64,000 nucleotides of DNA from Torpedo marmorata. Taxonomy: Eukaryota. Numbering within the stretch: position 1 is the stretch's first letter; every line of letters begins with the position of its first letter. A program made the translations under genes and the position numbers. The DNA lies in the NCBI GenBank assembly GCA_977017645.1, contig OZ360252.1, positions 16,306,001-16,370,000 on the forward strand, given 5' to 3'. Below, in pieces: positions 1 to 13,196 of the stretch. Below the pieces are notes generated by a model. The model ran no database searches. It was not told the DNA's origin and saw nothing but the letters and a program-made list of their open reading frames with translations.

Positions 1-1243
1 GTGTTTACCGAAACTTGTCGAGTTTTTGGAGGAGGTTACCAAGAAGGTAAATGAAGGAAAGGCTGCGGATGTTGTCCAAATCGACTTTAGTAAGGCCTTT
101 GACAAGGTCCCACACGGGAGGATAGTTCCAAAGGTTGAGACATTAGGTATCCATGGAGATGTTGTAAACTGGATTCCAAATTGGCTGTGTGGGAGAAAAC
201 AGAGAGTGGTAGTAGATGTTTGCTTCTCAGACTGGAGGCCTGCGACGAGTGGTGTGCCTCAGGGATCTGTGTTGGGACCATTGTTGTCTGCTGACTGTAT
301 CAATGAGATGGATGATAACGTGGTAAAGTGGATCAGCAGGTTTGCTGATAACACAAAGGTAGGAGGCGTTGTGGACAGTGAGGTAGAATTTCAAAGCTTG
401 CAGAGGGATCTGGACCAACTTGGAGAATGGGCCAAAAATGGTAGATGGAGATTAATGCATACAAGTGTGAGGTGATGCATTTTGGAAGGGCAAACTAAGG
501 TAGGCCATACACAGTAAATGGTAGGGCACTGGGGAGTGCGGAGGAGCAAAGGGATCTGGGAATACAGATACATTGTTCCCTGAAGGTAGCGTCGCAGGTG
601 GACAGGATTTTAAAGAAAGCTTTTGGTATCTTAGCATTTATAAATCGAAGTATTGTGTTTCGGAGTTGGGATGTTATGTTGAAGCGGTTTGAGTCATTGG
701 TGAGGCCAAATTTGGAATATTGTGTGCAGTTCAGGTCGTATAACTACAGGAAGGATATCAGTAAGATTGAAAGAGTGCAGAGAAGATTTACTAGGATATT
801 GCCGGGTCTTCAGGAGTTGAGTTACAGAGAAATATTAAACAGGTTGGGAATTTATTCTTTGGAGCGAAGCAGAATGAGGGGAGATTTTCTGGAGGATTAC
901 AAGATTATGAGAGGTATAGACAGTGTGATGTGAGTAGCTTTTCCACTTAGATTGGCGGAGATAAATACGAGAGGTAATAGTTTTAAGCTGAAAGGGGAAA
1001 GGTTTAGGGGAACATTAGGGGAAAGTTGTTCACTCAGAGAGTGGTGGGAGTGTGGAATGGGCTGCCATCTGATGTGGTGAATGCGAGCTCGATCTTGAGT
1101 TTTAAGAATAGATTGGATAGATTCATGAATGGGAGAGTTCTGGGGGGTTATGGAGTGGGAGCAGGTCAGCGGAATAGTGGTCGGCACAGTCTATAAGGGT
1201 CGAATGGCCTGTTTTCTGTGCTGTAGCGTTCTGTGGTTCTGTG
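1..1243 (+). mobile_element. CR1-type LINE, RT domain and 3' end, frameshifted
   Basis: ORFs 26-475 (DFSKAFDKVPH, GVPQGSVLGPLL, FADNTK) and 598-933 (LVRPNLEYCVQF, IERVQRRFTR) are CR1 ORF2 motifs in different frames; ends in a (TTCTGTGG)-type tail. Confidence 0.93.
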
Positions 1244-1249
1244 GAGATG

Positions 1250-1500
1250 ATGAGCAACTTACTTTCCCAGACGGCGGTGAATCTATGGAATTCGCTGCCC
1301 ATTGAAGTATTGGAGGCTGCAATAAATATATTTAAGACAAGGTTTGATAGATTTTACAAAGTAGGTGAATTAAGGTAATGGGAAAAAGGCAGGTAGGTGG
1401 AGATGAGCCCATCATCACATCAGCCATGACCTCAACGAATAGCAGAGCAGGAGCGACGGCCCGGGTGGCCTACTCCTTTTCCTATTCCTTATGTTCAGTA
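1250..1500 (+). mobile_element. CR1 3' fragment
   Basis: GTGAATCTATGGAATTCGCTGCCC...TTTGATAG...TCCTATTCCTTATGTTC, typical CR1 C-terminus and 3' UTR. Confidence 0.75.
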
Positions 1501-1509
1501 TTCATGGAA

Positions 1510-2085
1510 AGCAAAAGACACTCGACTTCTTCAGGAGTGCCGCAATTCTCGCAGAAGCCCGGGTAACAGGGCTGTATGTGAGGTGGATACAGGTGGGCGT
1601 GGGAGAATGCAGGCGCAAGGTGCTCGGTCAAGTGGGCAAAGGTGAAAACAACTGCTCTCTGATAGAAGGAAGGGAAGGGGCTGGATATCTGGAGAAAGGG
1701 GACAGAGCAATAAGGGAACGAGAGAGACTTGGAGCAGGATTTATCAAAAAATAGAGATGTCTATATTAATGCCCTCTGGTTGGAGACTGTCTGGACGCAA
1801 TATAAGGCGCTGTTCCTCCAATTTACCAGTGGCCTCAACTTGGCATCAAACGTGGCCATGGACAAACATGTCAGTGTGGTAATCGTGTGTGGAATTGAAA
1901 GGGCAGGGCACTGGAAGCTTGCTGTTGCAGCGGACAGTGCAAAGTCTCAAGGAAACGTTCTCCCTGTCTGTGTCCAGGCTCCCCGATGCAGAGGAGGCCA
2001 CAACGGGAGCACCCGATGCAGTAAATTACTCCTGTCGATTCACAAGTGAAGTGATGCTTTCACATGGAAGGATTGTTTGGGTCTG
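1510..2085 (-). mobile_element. Penelope-like element fragment (GIY-YIG end)
   Basis: Shares GCGCTGTTCCTCCAATTT, ATGGACAAACATGTC and GATTCACAAGTGAAGTGATGCTT with the better-preserved copies at 39.0-41.6 kb. Confidence 0.7.
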
Positions 2086-2239
2086 AGTTGTTTCAGTGTG
2101 CTCACTTTTATCCAAGCTCTAATTTATTTCCAATGGATTAATGAATCACCTCGGATCACCTCGAAAACAACAATTCATACATACGGCTGCTCTCCATCGA
2201 CTACAGCTCGGCCTTCCATACCATTATTCCTTCATTGCT

Positions 2240-2653
2240 GGTCAGAAAGCTACAAACTATAGGCCTCTGTACCCCACTCTACAACTGGATCCTTGACTTT
2301 CACATCGGAAGACCACAGTCAGTATGAATTGGAAACAACGTCTGCTCCTCACTGCTTCTATCCTCAAAGACCCCCACCACCCAGGCCATGCACTCTTCAC
2401 TCTGCTAAAATCGGGGAAAAGTTACAGGAGCCTGAAGACGAGCACTCAACGGCACAAGGACAGCTTCTTCGCCGCTGCCATCAGATTCCTGAACAATTAA
2501 TGAAACAAAGACACTGCCTTACTTTTCGTGCACTACTATTTTTTTAAAGTTATATCGTAAGATGGTTATAATATGAATATTTGAACTATTATGCTGCCTC
2601 AAAACACCCAATTTCATGACTTGTTCATGACAATTAATTCTGATTCTGATTCT
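2240..2653 (+). mobile_element. Rex1/Babar-like LINE 3' fragment
   Basis: CCCCACCACCCAGGCCATGCACTCTTC...TACAGGAGCCTGAAG...CAGCTTCTTC...GCCATCAGA motif; ends AATTAATTCTGATTCTGATTCT. Confidence 0.7.
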
Positions 2654-3845
2654 AAGTTTCTGCTCTAATTATACTATGCTTCACCTGGATATAACATGCA
2701 AAACAAAGCGAATGACAAATGTGAAATAATTCTTGAAACCTAATTCCTACTCTCTCCCTTCTCCTTCCCCGAAATAGAACATCTTGAGCTGTCTCATGCC
2801 AAAATGTCGAAATAAATGAATGATTTTCCATTGGAAAGCAGCAATGACGAGTTGCGCTCTCATTGGTCTGGTCAGGATGTGCATATTGCATCCCATTTGT
2901 CAGCACTGGGTTTGATCATATTGTCGCTTGTTCAACCGCCATCTTGTGTTTTGCATTTAGAATACTATCTTGACGGATTGAGCAAACTGTACAACCGTTC
3001 AGCTGTTAAATTATAAATACATTACGTTTTTACATTTGCACTTTTTATTTTTCTCCCCCACTCCACATAGGTAGCCAAGAGTGCCGGCACGAAATTGGAC
3101 TTGACTGTAAAATGCTAAATGCAGCAGCGTTTTTGAAATTTTACGTTTGTTTTCATGTTGGAATTGAGGGTGTTACACCACCATCTCATTGGGTTCAAAC
3201 TTTGATTTACAAAATATATAAATTTTGAAATCATTGCATTTGAAATCATTACTCTACATAAAAATATACCATCAGGAAATCTGCTTTCTTACTTCCCCGG
3301 TGAACCAGTTTCGACATGGATTCGCTTCATCCGACATTTTAACAGTCCCGAGTAGTAAATAAATGTTGCGGTGTCTGCAGTTACCCAACGTTGACGTTTC
3401 CCCCATAATTCCCCGACCTTCAACCCACACATCTCCCTGCTTTCTTTTATTTCACTTTTTGTTGTCTCCATTTATTACAACTTTTATAGAAATGTCTGGA
3501 AGACATGTCAGAAATCCTTTTGGTGAAGATTTTTTAAAGCGCAGTAACTATTTTAATAATTTCCCGTTTTTTATTCATTATTTTCGACCCTTGATTTTAT
3601 TGAAGTGACCAGAGGACAAAATAGTTGCCACTGTAATTGTACCCGGGGTGGTGGAGTCTGCGGAGGGTTGCGCCAGAACAAAACAGGAGTTGTGTGAGTT
3701 TTACGCAATTTACTGAATTTACCGCAACGGCAAAACACCCGACTACATTATTCTGTGGCCCCGATGTTCTTAACTCATCACCAACCTTCCCAGCAGCTTG
3801 CCATTTCCCTGGTGACATGTTGCGGTAATGTCATTGCTTTCTCAC

Positions 3846-4160
3846 CTGAACACAGAACCCCAACGCCGCTGCTATCGTTGGAAACCCGATTCAACGTGAA
3901 TGTGCTGCAATTTCGGAGCTGCGATTCGGTTCCTTCACACTGGACGTCATTCACCCACACCGGCCGTTCACTCTCACCGTACATGGAGGAGTTGTAGGCT
4001 GATATGGCAGAACCGCAACGCAGCTCTCTACAGACCACGTTGGAATCATTGATGTTCCAGACGTTATCCTGCACTCTCCCCCAGCTGCCATTGTGGTAGA
4101 CCTCCACTCGGCCGTCGCAGCGGCTTCTTCCGTTGGTCAGTCTGAGAGACCAACTTTCAT
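3846..4160 (-). CDS. SRCR receptor gene, SRCR domain exon 4 (6 Cys)
   Basis: ttttgcag|AT GAA AGT TGG...LRLTNGRSRCDGRVEVYHNGSWG...GVLCS G|gtgag; 315 bp, phase 1-1, open frame. Confidence 0.93.
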
Positions 4161-4931
4161 CTGCAAAACGAAGTATGTTGGGTGATCCAGTTAAAGTGAA
4201 GCCAAAGTATCCTATCAATTGTAAACTTGTGTCTGGCGAGTTGGTGGTTGTTTTCCGCACCAAGTGACCGCACGTCATTTTGGCGGTCGCGGACAATCTG
4301 CTTTCTGACCTTGCTCTGTCTAAATTCAAACCAATGCCGATCAGTTTCTGTGCACGATCTCGGTAATCGGTTCAACAACAAGGGGCAGGCCGTCAATTGA
4401 AGATAAATAGATTTTAAAGGCGATAGTCGTTTCGAAGTTTTCATTCACATTTGTTCTTCAATTCTCACGCAACACTTCATTACACATGTACAACAACCGC
4501 TTACCGTTCTGTTCCTCTCGCTCTTAAAATTTTCGAACAATTATTTCACGTCGCTCCAAAGCACACTTCGTAGCACAATTTCTGATTTGACTCCTCTCAG
4601 CAGCAACAGTCGTTGCCTTGCCTCTGTTGATAATAACATTGTGCAGCGTGCAACGAATATCCTGTTGACCCAATCGCTACTCCTCGTCTTTACCCTTCGG
4701 GACATGGTTTAATCCCAGACTTAACATGTTGGCTACAGATAACAAATCAGGATTCCAGGCAGTCAACCTACTTCCACAAAGAGGTAAACCCTTTCACCTT
4801 TCATTGTAATGCAGAATAAAAATACGTGAGGCAACGGCAGTATCAAATAACTGCTTTAAAGCAGTAGCTGAATGCCTCTTCGACTGGAAGTCAGTTTGCT
4901 TATTTCAGATCTACAAAATATGCCGACTCAC

Positions 4932-5246
4932 CTGAGCAGACGAGACCGGAAATGTTTCCATGTGAACATCTAACTTTATCGGAGGGTGAAAATGGACAGT
5001 CGGCTATTCGGGACTCGTTCCCCCGGCAACGGTAGCCCTCCTTCCACATAGGACCGGTTTCCTCACCGAATTGGGCACCTGCAGGAATTTCCGTTACTGC
5101 ACCACATCGCAGCTGTTCACAGATCACGCTCGCAACTTCTAAGGTGAAGTGCACATCACAAAGGGTCCACCACTGGTCTCCGTGTAGAATTTCCACCCTG
5201 CCTGAACATCTGTTCTTCCCGCCCACTAGTCGTGGTCCATGGTTCC
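4932..5246 (-). CDS. SRCR receptor gene, SRCR domain exon 3 (8 Cys)
   Basis: acag|GG AAC CAT...PRLVGGKNRCSGRVEILHGDQWWTLCD...GLVCS G|gtgagt; 315 bp, phase 1-1. Confidence 0.93.
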
Positions 5247-6827
5247 CTGTTTGAGTAACGAATGAACAACAAAACAACCCTTAAAATAGGAATGAATAAG
5301 AAATTAGATAAGTATTGCTTGATTTTTCACTCTCTATTCGACGATTTTCCATGTGTGTCTTTTAAATAGGACGGTCTCTGATTCCATCTTGATCGTGTTC
5401 ACTGAGATTGTTTAGGATTTATTTCTTGTACTCAACTGTATTTCCCAATGAAAAGCTACCGTTCACCTTCTTCGCAATTTCCTTATATTTCTGTGCATTA
5501 TTTCGTTTTGAAAAAAAACATCGTTTCTATTAAATAATGAAAGCTCAGATTTAAGAATAAAAAATCTTTTCGTAAATCACTCTCATTACTTTACATTGGT
5601 GATCTCTTAGCAGTTTGCACTTCTTTGCTTTGGTGGCAGATTGTGGTTTAATCAAATGGAAATTGGTTAATGTCGATATTCTTTATTTCCTCCTTCTCAT
5701 TTCAATATTTATATTAATTTTTGCCATCATAATACAAAAGGTACAAACCAGATTTATCAAAATATAAAGAGGTAATATGAAACAAATATATACAAAAGAA
5801 AGACGTATAAGGAAAGCTATTACATATAAACTAGATATCATAACAATCAAGCAAAAAAATGAAATAATCAAGTAATAATTTAATCAGTTATAACATGTGG
5901 CTAACTGAAAAAGATCTAACAAAATAAATTGATACCATACGACAAATTCTACCCCCTTCCCTTCCGAAGTTATTTGGTAAATACATTCAATTCCACTACC
6001 ATTAAAAAAAAACACAAATTCACAAAAGAAGATCTAAATGACCTTATAGATTATGAAAAAAATTACCAAAGGACCCATAATCTTGAAATGTTTAATTCCG
6101 TTTCATTAGAGGAACATCTGATTTATTTACAAAGTTAGACATGCCATCATGTCATGTAACCATTGAGCGTGAGGAGGAGGGACGGCATCTTTCCATCTCA
6201 TCAATATTGATCAACCAGCAATAAGGGAAAAGAAGGAAACTACATGGGATTGAGACGAAGTTAATTTCAAATCAATTACCTTAATTGATCCAAAAAGAGC
6301 AATTAGAGGATTAGGTATAAGATTTGCATTAAGAACTAAAGATAAGGTACGAAAGATATCTTCCCAAAATTTGGAAATACAGGAACAAGACCAAAAGATA
6401 TGTAATAATGTACCCTCTTCAATCTTACATCTGTCACCATTAGAAGAAATATTAGGATAAAATTTAGCCAATTGAATTTCAGAAAAGTAGGCTCGATGTA
6501 CTACATTAAATAGTAGAAGCGAATAACGGGCACATAAAGAGGAGGAATTTAACAATTTTAAAATAGAATCCCATGTGGTATGCGAAAATGAAACTGAAGA
6601 TAATTTTTTCATCTTATCTCGGGAGTTATCCCTAGACTTTAATAGTAACTCGTATATACCTGATATCAGCTTTTTTATTTACTCAGTTTAAAATTATAAA
6701 TCATCCCTATTGTGTTTATAGCTAGGTCCCGAGGAAGTCTCAGCGATAGTGAATTATAAAAAAACTATTAATTTGTAAGTATCTAAAAAAATGATACTTT
6801 GGAAATTTAAATTTAAAAGATAGTTGT

Positions 6828-9277
6828 ATTAAAAAGATAGTGTGACCTAAAACATCCTTAAGAAAGAATGAACTTATACCTATGACTCTTAATAATAGAG
6901 AAATGGAAATTTGGAATAGTAAAATAATTAGATATATAGAAGACTGTTATGAAAATGGACTTCTTATATCTTTTGAATGACTGAAAGAGAGGTATAATTT
7001 ACCTAATAGAACTTTTGTTTTTTGCTATTTTCAGTTACGTTCATTCTTTAGGAATACTTTAAGACCAGATATGGTCCAACCCTCATTGACAGACGCGGAT
7101 AAAACACTTCATGAAGGAAATACTTATAAATTTATTTCGAGAATGTATTTATTGTTACAAGATCAAGAGCCTAAATCGGGACATAATAAGTCCAGGATAA
7201 GATGAGAATCAGACTTAGGTACAGTAATTGATGATGAATTATGGTCAGAATTATGTCATAATAGTATGTTAATTACTATAAATGTACGTTATAGATTGGT
7301 CTCCCATAATTTTCTTCATCAATTATATTTTACTCCACAGAAATTACATAAATTTAAACCAGAATTATCAGAGATGTGTTTTAGATGCGGAACGGAGGTT
7401 GGTTCTTTTTTACATTCAACATGGATGTTCTGTAATTTGAGACAATTTTGGCATACTCTCTGTGACATCTTATCTAAAGTTACTGGAGTTACTCTAATTT
7501 TAGATCCAGAGATATGCCTTTTGGGAAATTTTACTACTATTAAGGACACCGTAACCAGATATCAAATTATATTTTTGGGAATAGCTTTTTGTGTGGCAAG
7601 AAATTGCTTAATAACTACTTGGAAGTCAGATTCCCCATTGCCTGTTGATGGATGGACATCATAAACAATAGTTGTATTCCATTGGAGAAAATTACCTATA
7701 ACATTAAAACCAAAAGTTTTTTTTAATAAAATTTGGCAACCTTATTTAGATTATCAGGGGTCAGGATAAATTAAATTAAAGAAGATTTGTTATTAATTTG
7801 TTTTGGGTTCCTACGCGCGATAAGCCCTGTTGCCGGAAAACCTTGGAGTTTTTCTTTTATATATTTGAAATTAATAATTATATAAATATTGTCGACTAAT
7901 TGTTTTGTTTAGTTTGTATTTTTATTTTTTATTTTGGGGGAGGATTGGGGTAATTTTTTTTAATCTTTATTATATGTGTTACTTTTATTATATTACAATA
8001 TAATGTGATATCTGTTTTTTGAAGTATTTTGTTTCATTGGTTTTTTTATATTTTATTTTTTATTTTTAAAGTCCACAATATAAAGAGAAAATATACAATT
8101 TACAACTATATAGAACATTATCATAAACTCTCCCTCCCTCCCCCAACTGAAAAAAGAAAATAAAACATACAAAAGAAAAGAAAGAAAATGAAAAACTAAA
8201 CGTACCGTTAGTGCTTACATTGATTTTTCAATCTTTTTGGAGGAAATCTTTTCTAGGCTATATTGTATTTTACTTTAAGATTTGAATGTGAACTGCACCC
8301 CAATATACTACAGGTATGCTTGCCACACCTTTACAAATGTACTGTATCTATTCCTGAGATTATATGTAATTTTCTCCATGGGAATACAACTGTGCATTTC
8401 TGCTGACCATCGAGTGATTTGAAGGGGGGAGTCGGTCTTTCAAGTGACTGCTATACATTTTTCTGCTCCGGACAAAGCAACTAGCACAAATTAAATTTGG
8501 AATTTATATGATTTGTAGCTTATGTCAATTAGATTTCCGAGGAGATACAACTCCGGGTCCAGTGGAAAGGTTACCCCCGTAATTCTGGTTAGTGTATTAG
8601 ATATATCATACAAAAAGGGCCGTACCTTTGCACAGGACCAAGTGGAGTGCAGGAAAGTTCCAATTTCCCTACCACGTATGGAACACATTTACGATATTTC
8701 AGATTTTGATTTGTGTAACGTTTGTGGTGTGAGATATGGTTGGTGCAAGAAATTATGTTCGTCCAATCTATATCTAGCATTAATAACCGTCGTCATACTA
8801 TTGCTACACCAATCTGACCAGCAACGTTCCTGAATTGTCGTATCTAAGTCTGATTCCCACCTCTCCCTCGATCTATGTATACCCGGCTTCGGGCTTTCAC
8901 TTTGGAGCACAACATACATTCTGGATATAATTTTGAATGCATTTCTCAGTCGAAGTAACTGTTCTACCTCGTTGCCTATAGGTGGGATCATTGCAGTACC
9001 CCACCTTTCTCGCAAGAAGGATCTTAATTGGAGAAAACAGTGAAAGGTTCTATTAGACAAATCGTATTTATCTTTGAGTTGTTCAAAGAACATAAGCTGC
9101 CCCTTGTCGTAGCAGTCTTCAATATATCGAACACCCTTCTGATACCAAACCTTCCATATTTTATTACCTAAAATCATGGCTATATGTTCATTTTGAAAGA
9201 GATGTGACTTGGGGTATATTGTTTCATTCTTTGTTAAAAATGAAAATAAAATATATTTTAAAAATAATAAAAAATAT
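6828..9277 (+). mobile_element. L1/Tx1 3' fragment nested in the host L1
   Basis: ORF 7266-7664 (NVRYRL...CFRCGTEVGSFLHSTW); flanked by ATAGTTGT at 6820-6827 and 9278-9285; A-rich tail at 9229-9277. Confidence 0.85.
8039..9218 (-). mobile_element. L1/Tx1 3' fragment nested in the 3' UTR of the second L1
   Basis: ORFs 8689-9177 and 8491-8688 (GTFLHSTWSC); flanked by TTGTTTCATT at 8029-8038 and 9219-9228; T-rich tail at ~8041-8070 on the + strand. Confidence 0.85.
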
Positions 9278-11024
9278 ATAGTTGTTCAAATGAAGCTAAA
9301 TAATTATCAATAAATAAATCCTGAAAATATTTGATGTCCAACTTAAACCATTCATGAAAAGCAGAATCTTGCACAGAAGGTGTAAAAAAAGAATTAAGCA
9401 ATAAGGAAGGAAAAATCTATGAAATCCAAAAAAAATCTAAATTGGAACCAAATTCTCAAAATATGTTTAACAACAAAATTATCGGTTAATTTGGAAGCAT
9501 AAAAAGGTAATAGTATCGAAATAAGAGAATATTTTTAGTAGAATTAATTTCTAAATTAATCCAATTTGGAGCATCAATTCCATCCTTATAGTGAATCAAA
9601 AAAATTATATATCTTATATTAACTGCCCAATAATAAAATCTAAAATTAGGTAAAGCCAAGCCACCTTTCTTTTTAAGGTTTTGAAGGAAAACTTTATTAA
9701 GACGAGGACGCTTATTTCTTCCAAATATATGAGGAAATAATTCAGTCAAGTGCATCAGAAAAGTTTCAGGATCAAAAACTGGAACAGCTTGGAAAATGAA
9801 CAAAATTGTAGGTAACATGTTCATCTTAATCACATTAATTCGCCCAATTAAGGACATCGAAAGAGGAGACCACTGAGATAAAGACTTCTTAACATGATTC
9901 AATAAAGTAAGAAATTCTCTTTAAACAAATTATTATAATTTTTTGTAATCGTAATACCTGAATAATTAAATTGATTTTAGCTATTTTAAAAGGAAGGGCA
10001 GTATCTAAAGAACCAGAAGAGTTCAATACAAGAAACTCGCTTTTCTGAAGATTTAATTTATAACCTGAATATTGGCCAATTTGATGACGCAGTGACAGAA
10101 TGGATGGAATTGAACGATCAGGATCTGAAATGTACAGCAAGAGATCGTCCGCATGTAAGGAAACCTTATGAACACTTCCACATCTTAAGATTCCAAAAAT
10201 ATCATTAGATTGGCGATAGGCCACAGCTAATGGTTCCAACGCCAAATTGAATAACAAAGCGCTAAGAGGACAAACTTGCCCAGTTCCACGGTAAAGATTA
10301 AAAGGTTTCGATTTTAAAGTGTTGGTAACGATTGCGGCAACAGGGGATAAATATATCAATTTAATCCAATTGAATAAAATTAGGGCCAAAATTTAATTTT
10401 TCTAACATTTTAAATAAATAGTCGTATTCCACCCTGTCAAAGGCTTTTTAGGCATCTAAGGAAATAACACACTCAAGGGAAGTGACAAGAGGAGAATAGA
10501 GAATATTTAAAAAGCGACGGATATTAAGATGTGAATAACGACCCGGTTTGATCTTCAGAAATAATAAGAGGCATAATGTTTTCCAACCTTCAGGCCAATA
10601 TTTTGGTCAAAATCATAGCATCAGCATTCAAAAGAGAAGTTGGTTCCCGGTGTTTTCGGCCTCCCAGCTGAGTTTTATAAATATTTTTCTCAATCATTCG
10701 CACCCTATTTAGATTCAGTTTCTTCTGAATCTTTTACTGTTGATAAATTACATGCTACTTTTTATGAAGCTTTAATTTCACTAATTTCCAAAAAGAATAT
10801 CCTCCTTCTGTAGTCCACATTGAATTCAATGTTGACCAAAATAAAATGATTACATTTTTAACATGTATAAACGCAATCCACTATGAAATCCACGTGAAAT
10901 AGCAATGAATTATACAGGCGAATTTTATATGCACGTCGTTACAGGGAAATATCCATAACGGATTCCCGTGTTCCATGAACAATTGAAATCAAATGCTTGC
11001 ATTGTTCAGAAACCGGGTCCTTAC

Positions 11025-11336
11025 CATTACAGATCACATCGACTCCAGTTTTCTGGTTACAATGATGAGTTCCTGAAGAAAGTGGGCATTCCCATAAGGT
11101 TGACTCATCGCCCTTACATTCAAATATATCGGTCCGGACAGGGCCAGCTCTCTCCCCAAAATCAGCTCCGCTCCACACAGACACGGCGACTCCGCATTGA
11201 AGCTGATGGCACACCACATCGGCATCATCCATATCCCAGTGATGGTCACACACGGTGTACCAGGTGTCACCAAACATCACCTCCAGCCTTCCAGAGCAGT
11301 GGTCATCTCTGGAAATCAATCTTGGTGCTCTGTGAT
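11025..11336 (-). CDS. SRCR receptor gene, SRCR domain exon 2 (8 Cys)
   Basis: tttctcag|AT CAC AGA GCA...HCSGRLEVMFGDTWYTVCD...VDVICN G|gtaag; 312 bp, phase 1-1. Confidence 0.93.
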
Positions 11337-12809
11337 CTGAGAAACATATGAACCACAGTCATGATAATTAAAATTATAAAGTCGATTTACAGACGATTCC
11401 TATGGAGATCAGCACATAACTGTGATGAAATCAGTGGGGTTCCAGTCTGGACTGCTGCCGATGAGATTTCTCATCCTCCTTCAATCATATTAATTTGATG
11501 CAGGTGGAATAGTTTTGACACCACACCACACAGTTTCCTCTCCTTTGTTTCAAACTGAGATTGTACTGAAAGAAATTATACCGTAAAGTGGGAATATTGT
11601 AATCCCATACCAACATCCTCTGCCACAAGGACACATTTCCCACTTTATCCATTTTCATCAGGATATCAGAGCTGAGCAAAAAACATCCTCTCTCTTCCTC
11701 ATTCATTAAAGTCTGGTCGAATGATTTTGTCGAATAATTCCCATTGTTACATGCCATAACCTCCATTCTAACCCTTTTGGAGTCGCTGAAAGAACGAACT
11801 TTACGTCGGGTTTCACTCTGGCCGCAGAGGCTCCATTTTTCTGAACAAGCCTCCGCTGGAGTCCTGTCCCATACAAACACACCCTCTCTGATTATATGCT
11901 GAGAGCAGTCGTTCCTTCAGAGTCGTATTCTCCCCAGATTCATTATCTCTCTTCATTCCTTCTTTCCAATCTCCGTCAGCTCACATTTTCGGCGACAATG
12001 CTCGTGATTCCAACACCCCCTGCAGAAATGTGCCTTCTAACCACATTTGGGTTTTAATTAGTGGCTCAGGGAGAATCCGATGGGAGGCTGCCTCCATGAA
12101 TGTTTTGCTTTCTGTGTCCAGAAAATACAGGGGGAAAGTTATTAAATCAGGGGGCCTAACTCTGTTCTGTTGTGTTATATGTTCTATGTTCTAAGAAAGC
12201 ATCAATTGAACTCCACCGATCAGCTGATGTAATGTGATCGATTTAAAAACCCCGCAGCATAAATTTCAATAAATATTAAATGTTGACACTTCTTAAAGGA
12301 ATGTAACACAAATACTCTCGCAACAACCTATCACCGAGGAAGTTAAAAAGAAAGTCTGCAGGAGCTGTGATTGCAGTGAAATACACAAACATTCTGGAGA
12401 AATTGATATGCTGCGTGATCTGCTGAGTTTCCCCTGCAATTTCACGTCTGGGGAAGGTATGTTCACAATATCTACGAACAGATATGGCCACAGGAAACAA
12501 AAGCACATTTTCAAAATGTAAGTATAACACCTCCTCTGTGCAACAATTAACACCGAGGAACATTGCCGGTGATTTCTCCCAGCACCGCTTTCAAGTCTAA
12601 ACAGCATAACCATTGATTCCAGGAGCATTCTCTGAAATTTCGCAAAAATGTGGCAAAAATACTGGGTTGCAGATAATCGCTCAACTGTTAGTAAAGGGGC
12701 AGGGTAATTATGTCATAAAATACAAACGCCATCCTATTGAAATATAGAGGCGCAGACGTGACGTGCAACAAATCGTAACGTTGAGAAATTCGACCTCTGC
12801 ACTGAGTAA

Positions 12810-13110
12810 AATTACAAAAATGCTGGAGGAGCTCAACACGTCACGCAGCGTTTAGAAGAGGTAAAGATATCGAACCAACGTTTCAGGCCTGATCCCTTCT
12901 TCAAGGAATGAGCAAGAAGCAGGTAGGCGCCTGGAAAAAAACAGCTGGGAGAGAGGGAAGAATGGGCAAGGGGAGGAGCACAGGCTAACTGGCAAAAATG
13001 CGATAATTGGTCATAGATGGGAGGACAGGAGAGGAAAGGCGAGAATTGATCGGGGAAGGGGAGCTTCTGTGAATGCAAAACTGGAGGAAAGGAGACAGAG
13101 GGAATGTAAA
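12810..13110 (-). mobile_element. Penelope-like terminal (pLTR) fragment with hammerhead-like motif
   Basis: AAAATGCTGGGAGAGCTCAACACGTCACGCAGC terminus; the reverse complement of 12876-12906 is CCTTGAAGAAGGGATCAGGCCTGAAACGTTG. Confidence 0.7.
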
Positions 13111-13114
13111 AGTC

Positions 13115-13196
13115 AGTGAGAGTGAGTGAGAGTGAATGAGTGAGTGAGTGAGAGAGAGGGAGGGAGACAGAGAGAGAGAGACAGAGAGAGAGAGAA
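13115..13196. repeat. (GAGT)n/(GA)n microsatellite
   Basis: Directly visible. Confidence 0.9.

Larger units (their letters stand above)
5683..10810 (-). mobile_element. L1/Tx1-clade LINE (host element), 5'-truncated, interrupted by nested insertions, with inverted 5' piece at 10645-10810
   Basis: RT motifs in ORFs 9889-10389 (RGTGQVCPLS, LHADDLL) and 9486-9902 (GGLALPNF); C-terminal zinc-finger region in 6211-6612 (DRCKIEEGTLLHIFWSC). The element resumes across an 8-bp duplication. Confidence 0.85.

Noticed and set aside
3289-3471. Possible further exon of the SRCR gene (GGAA|gtaag donor on the minus strand)
   Set aside because: No SRCR, TM or tail motif and no convincing acceptor.
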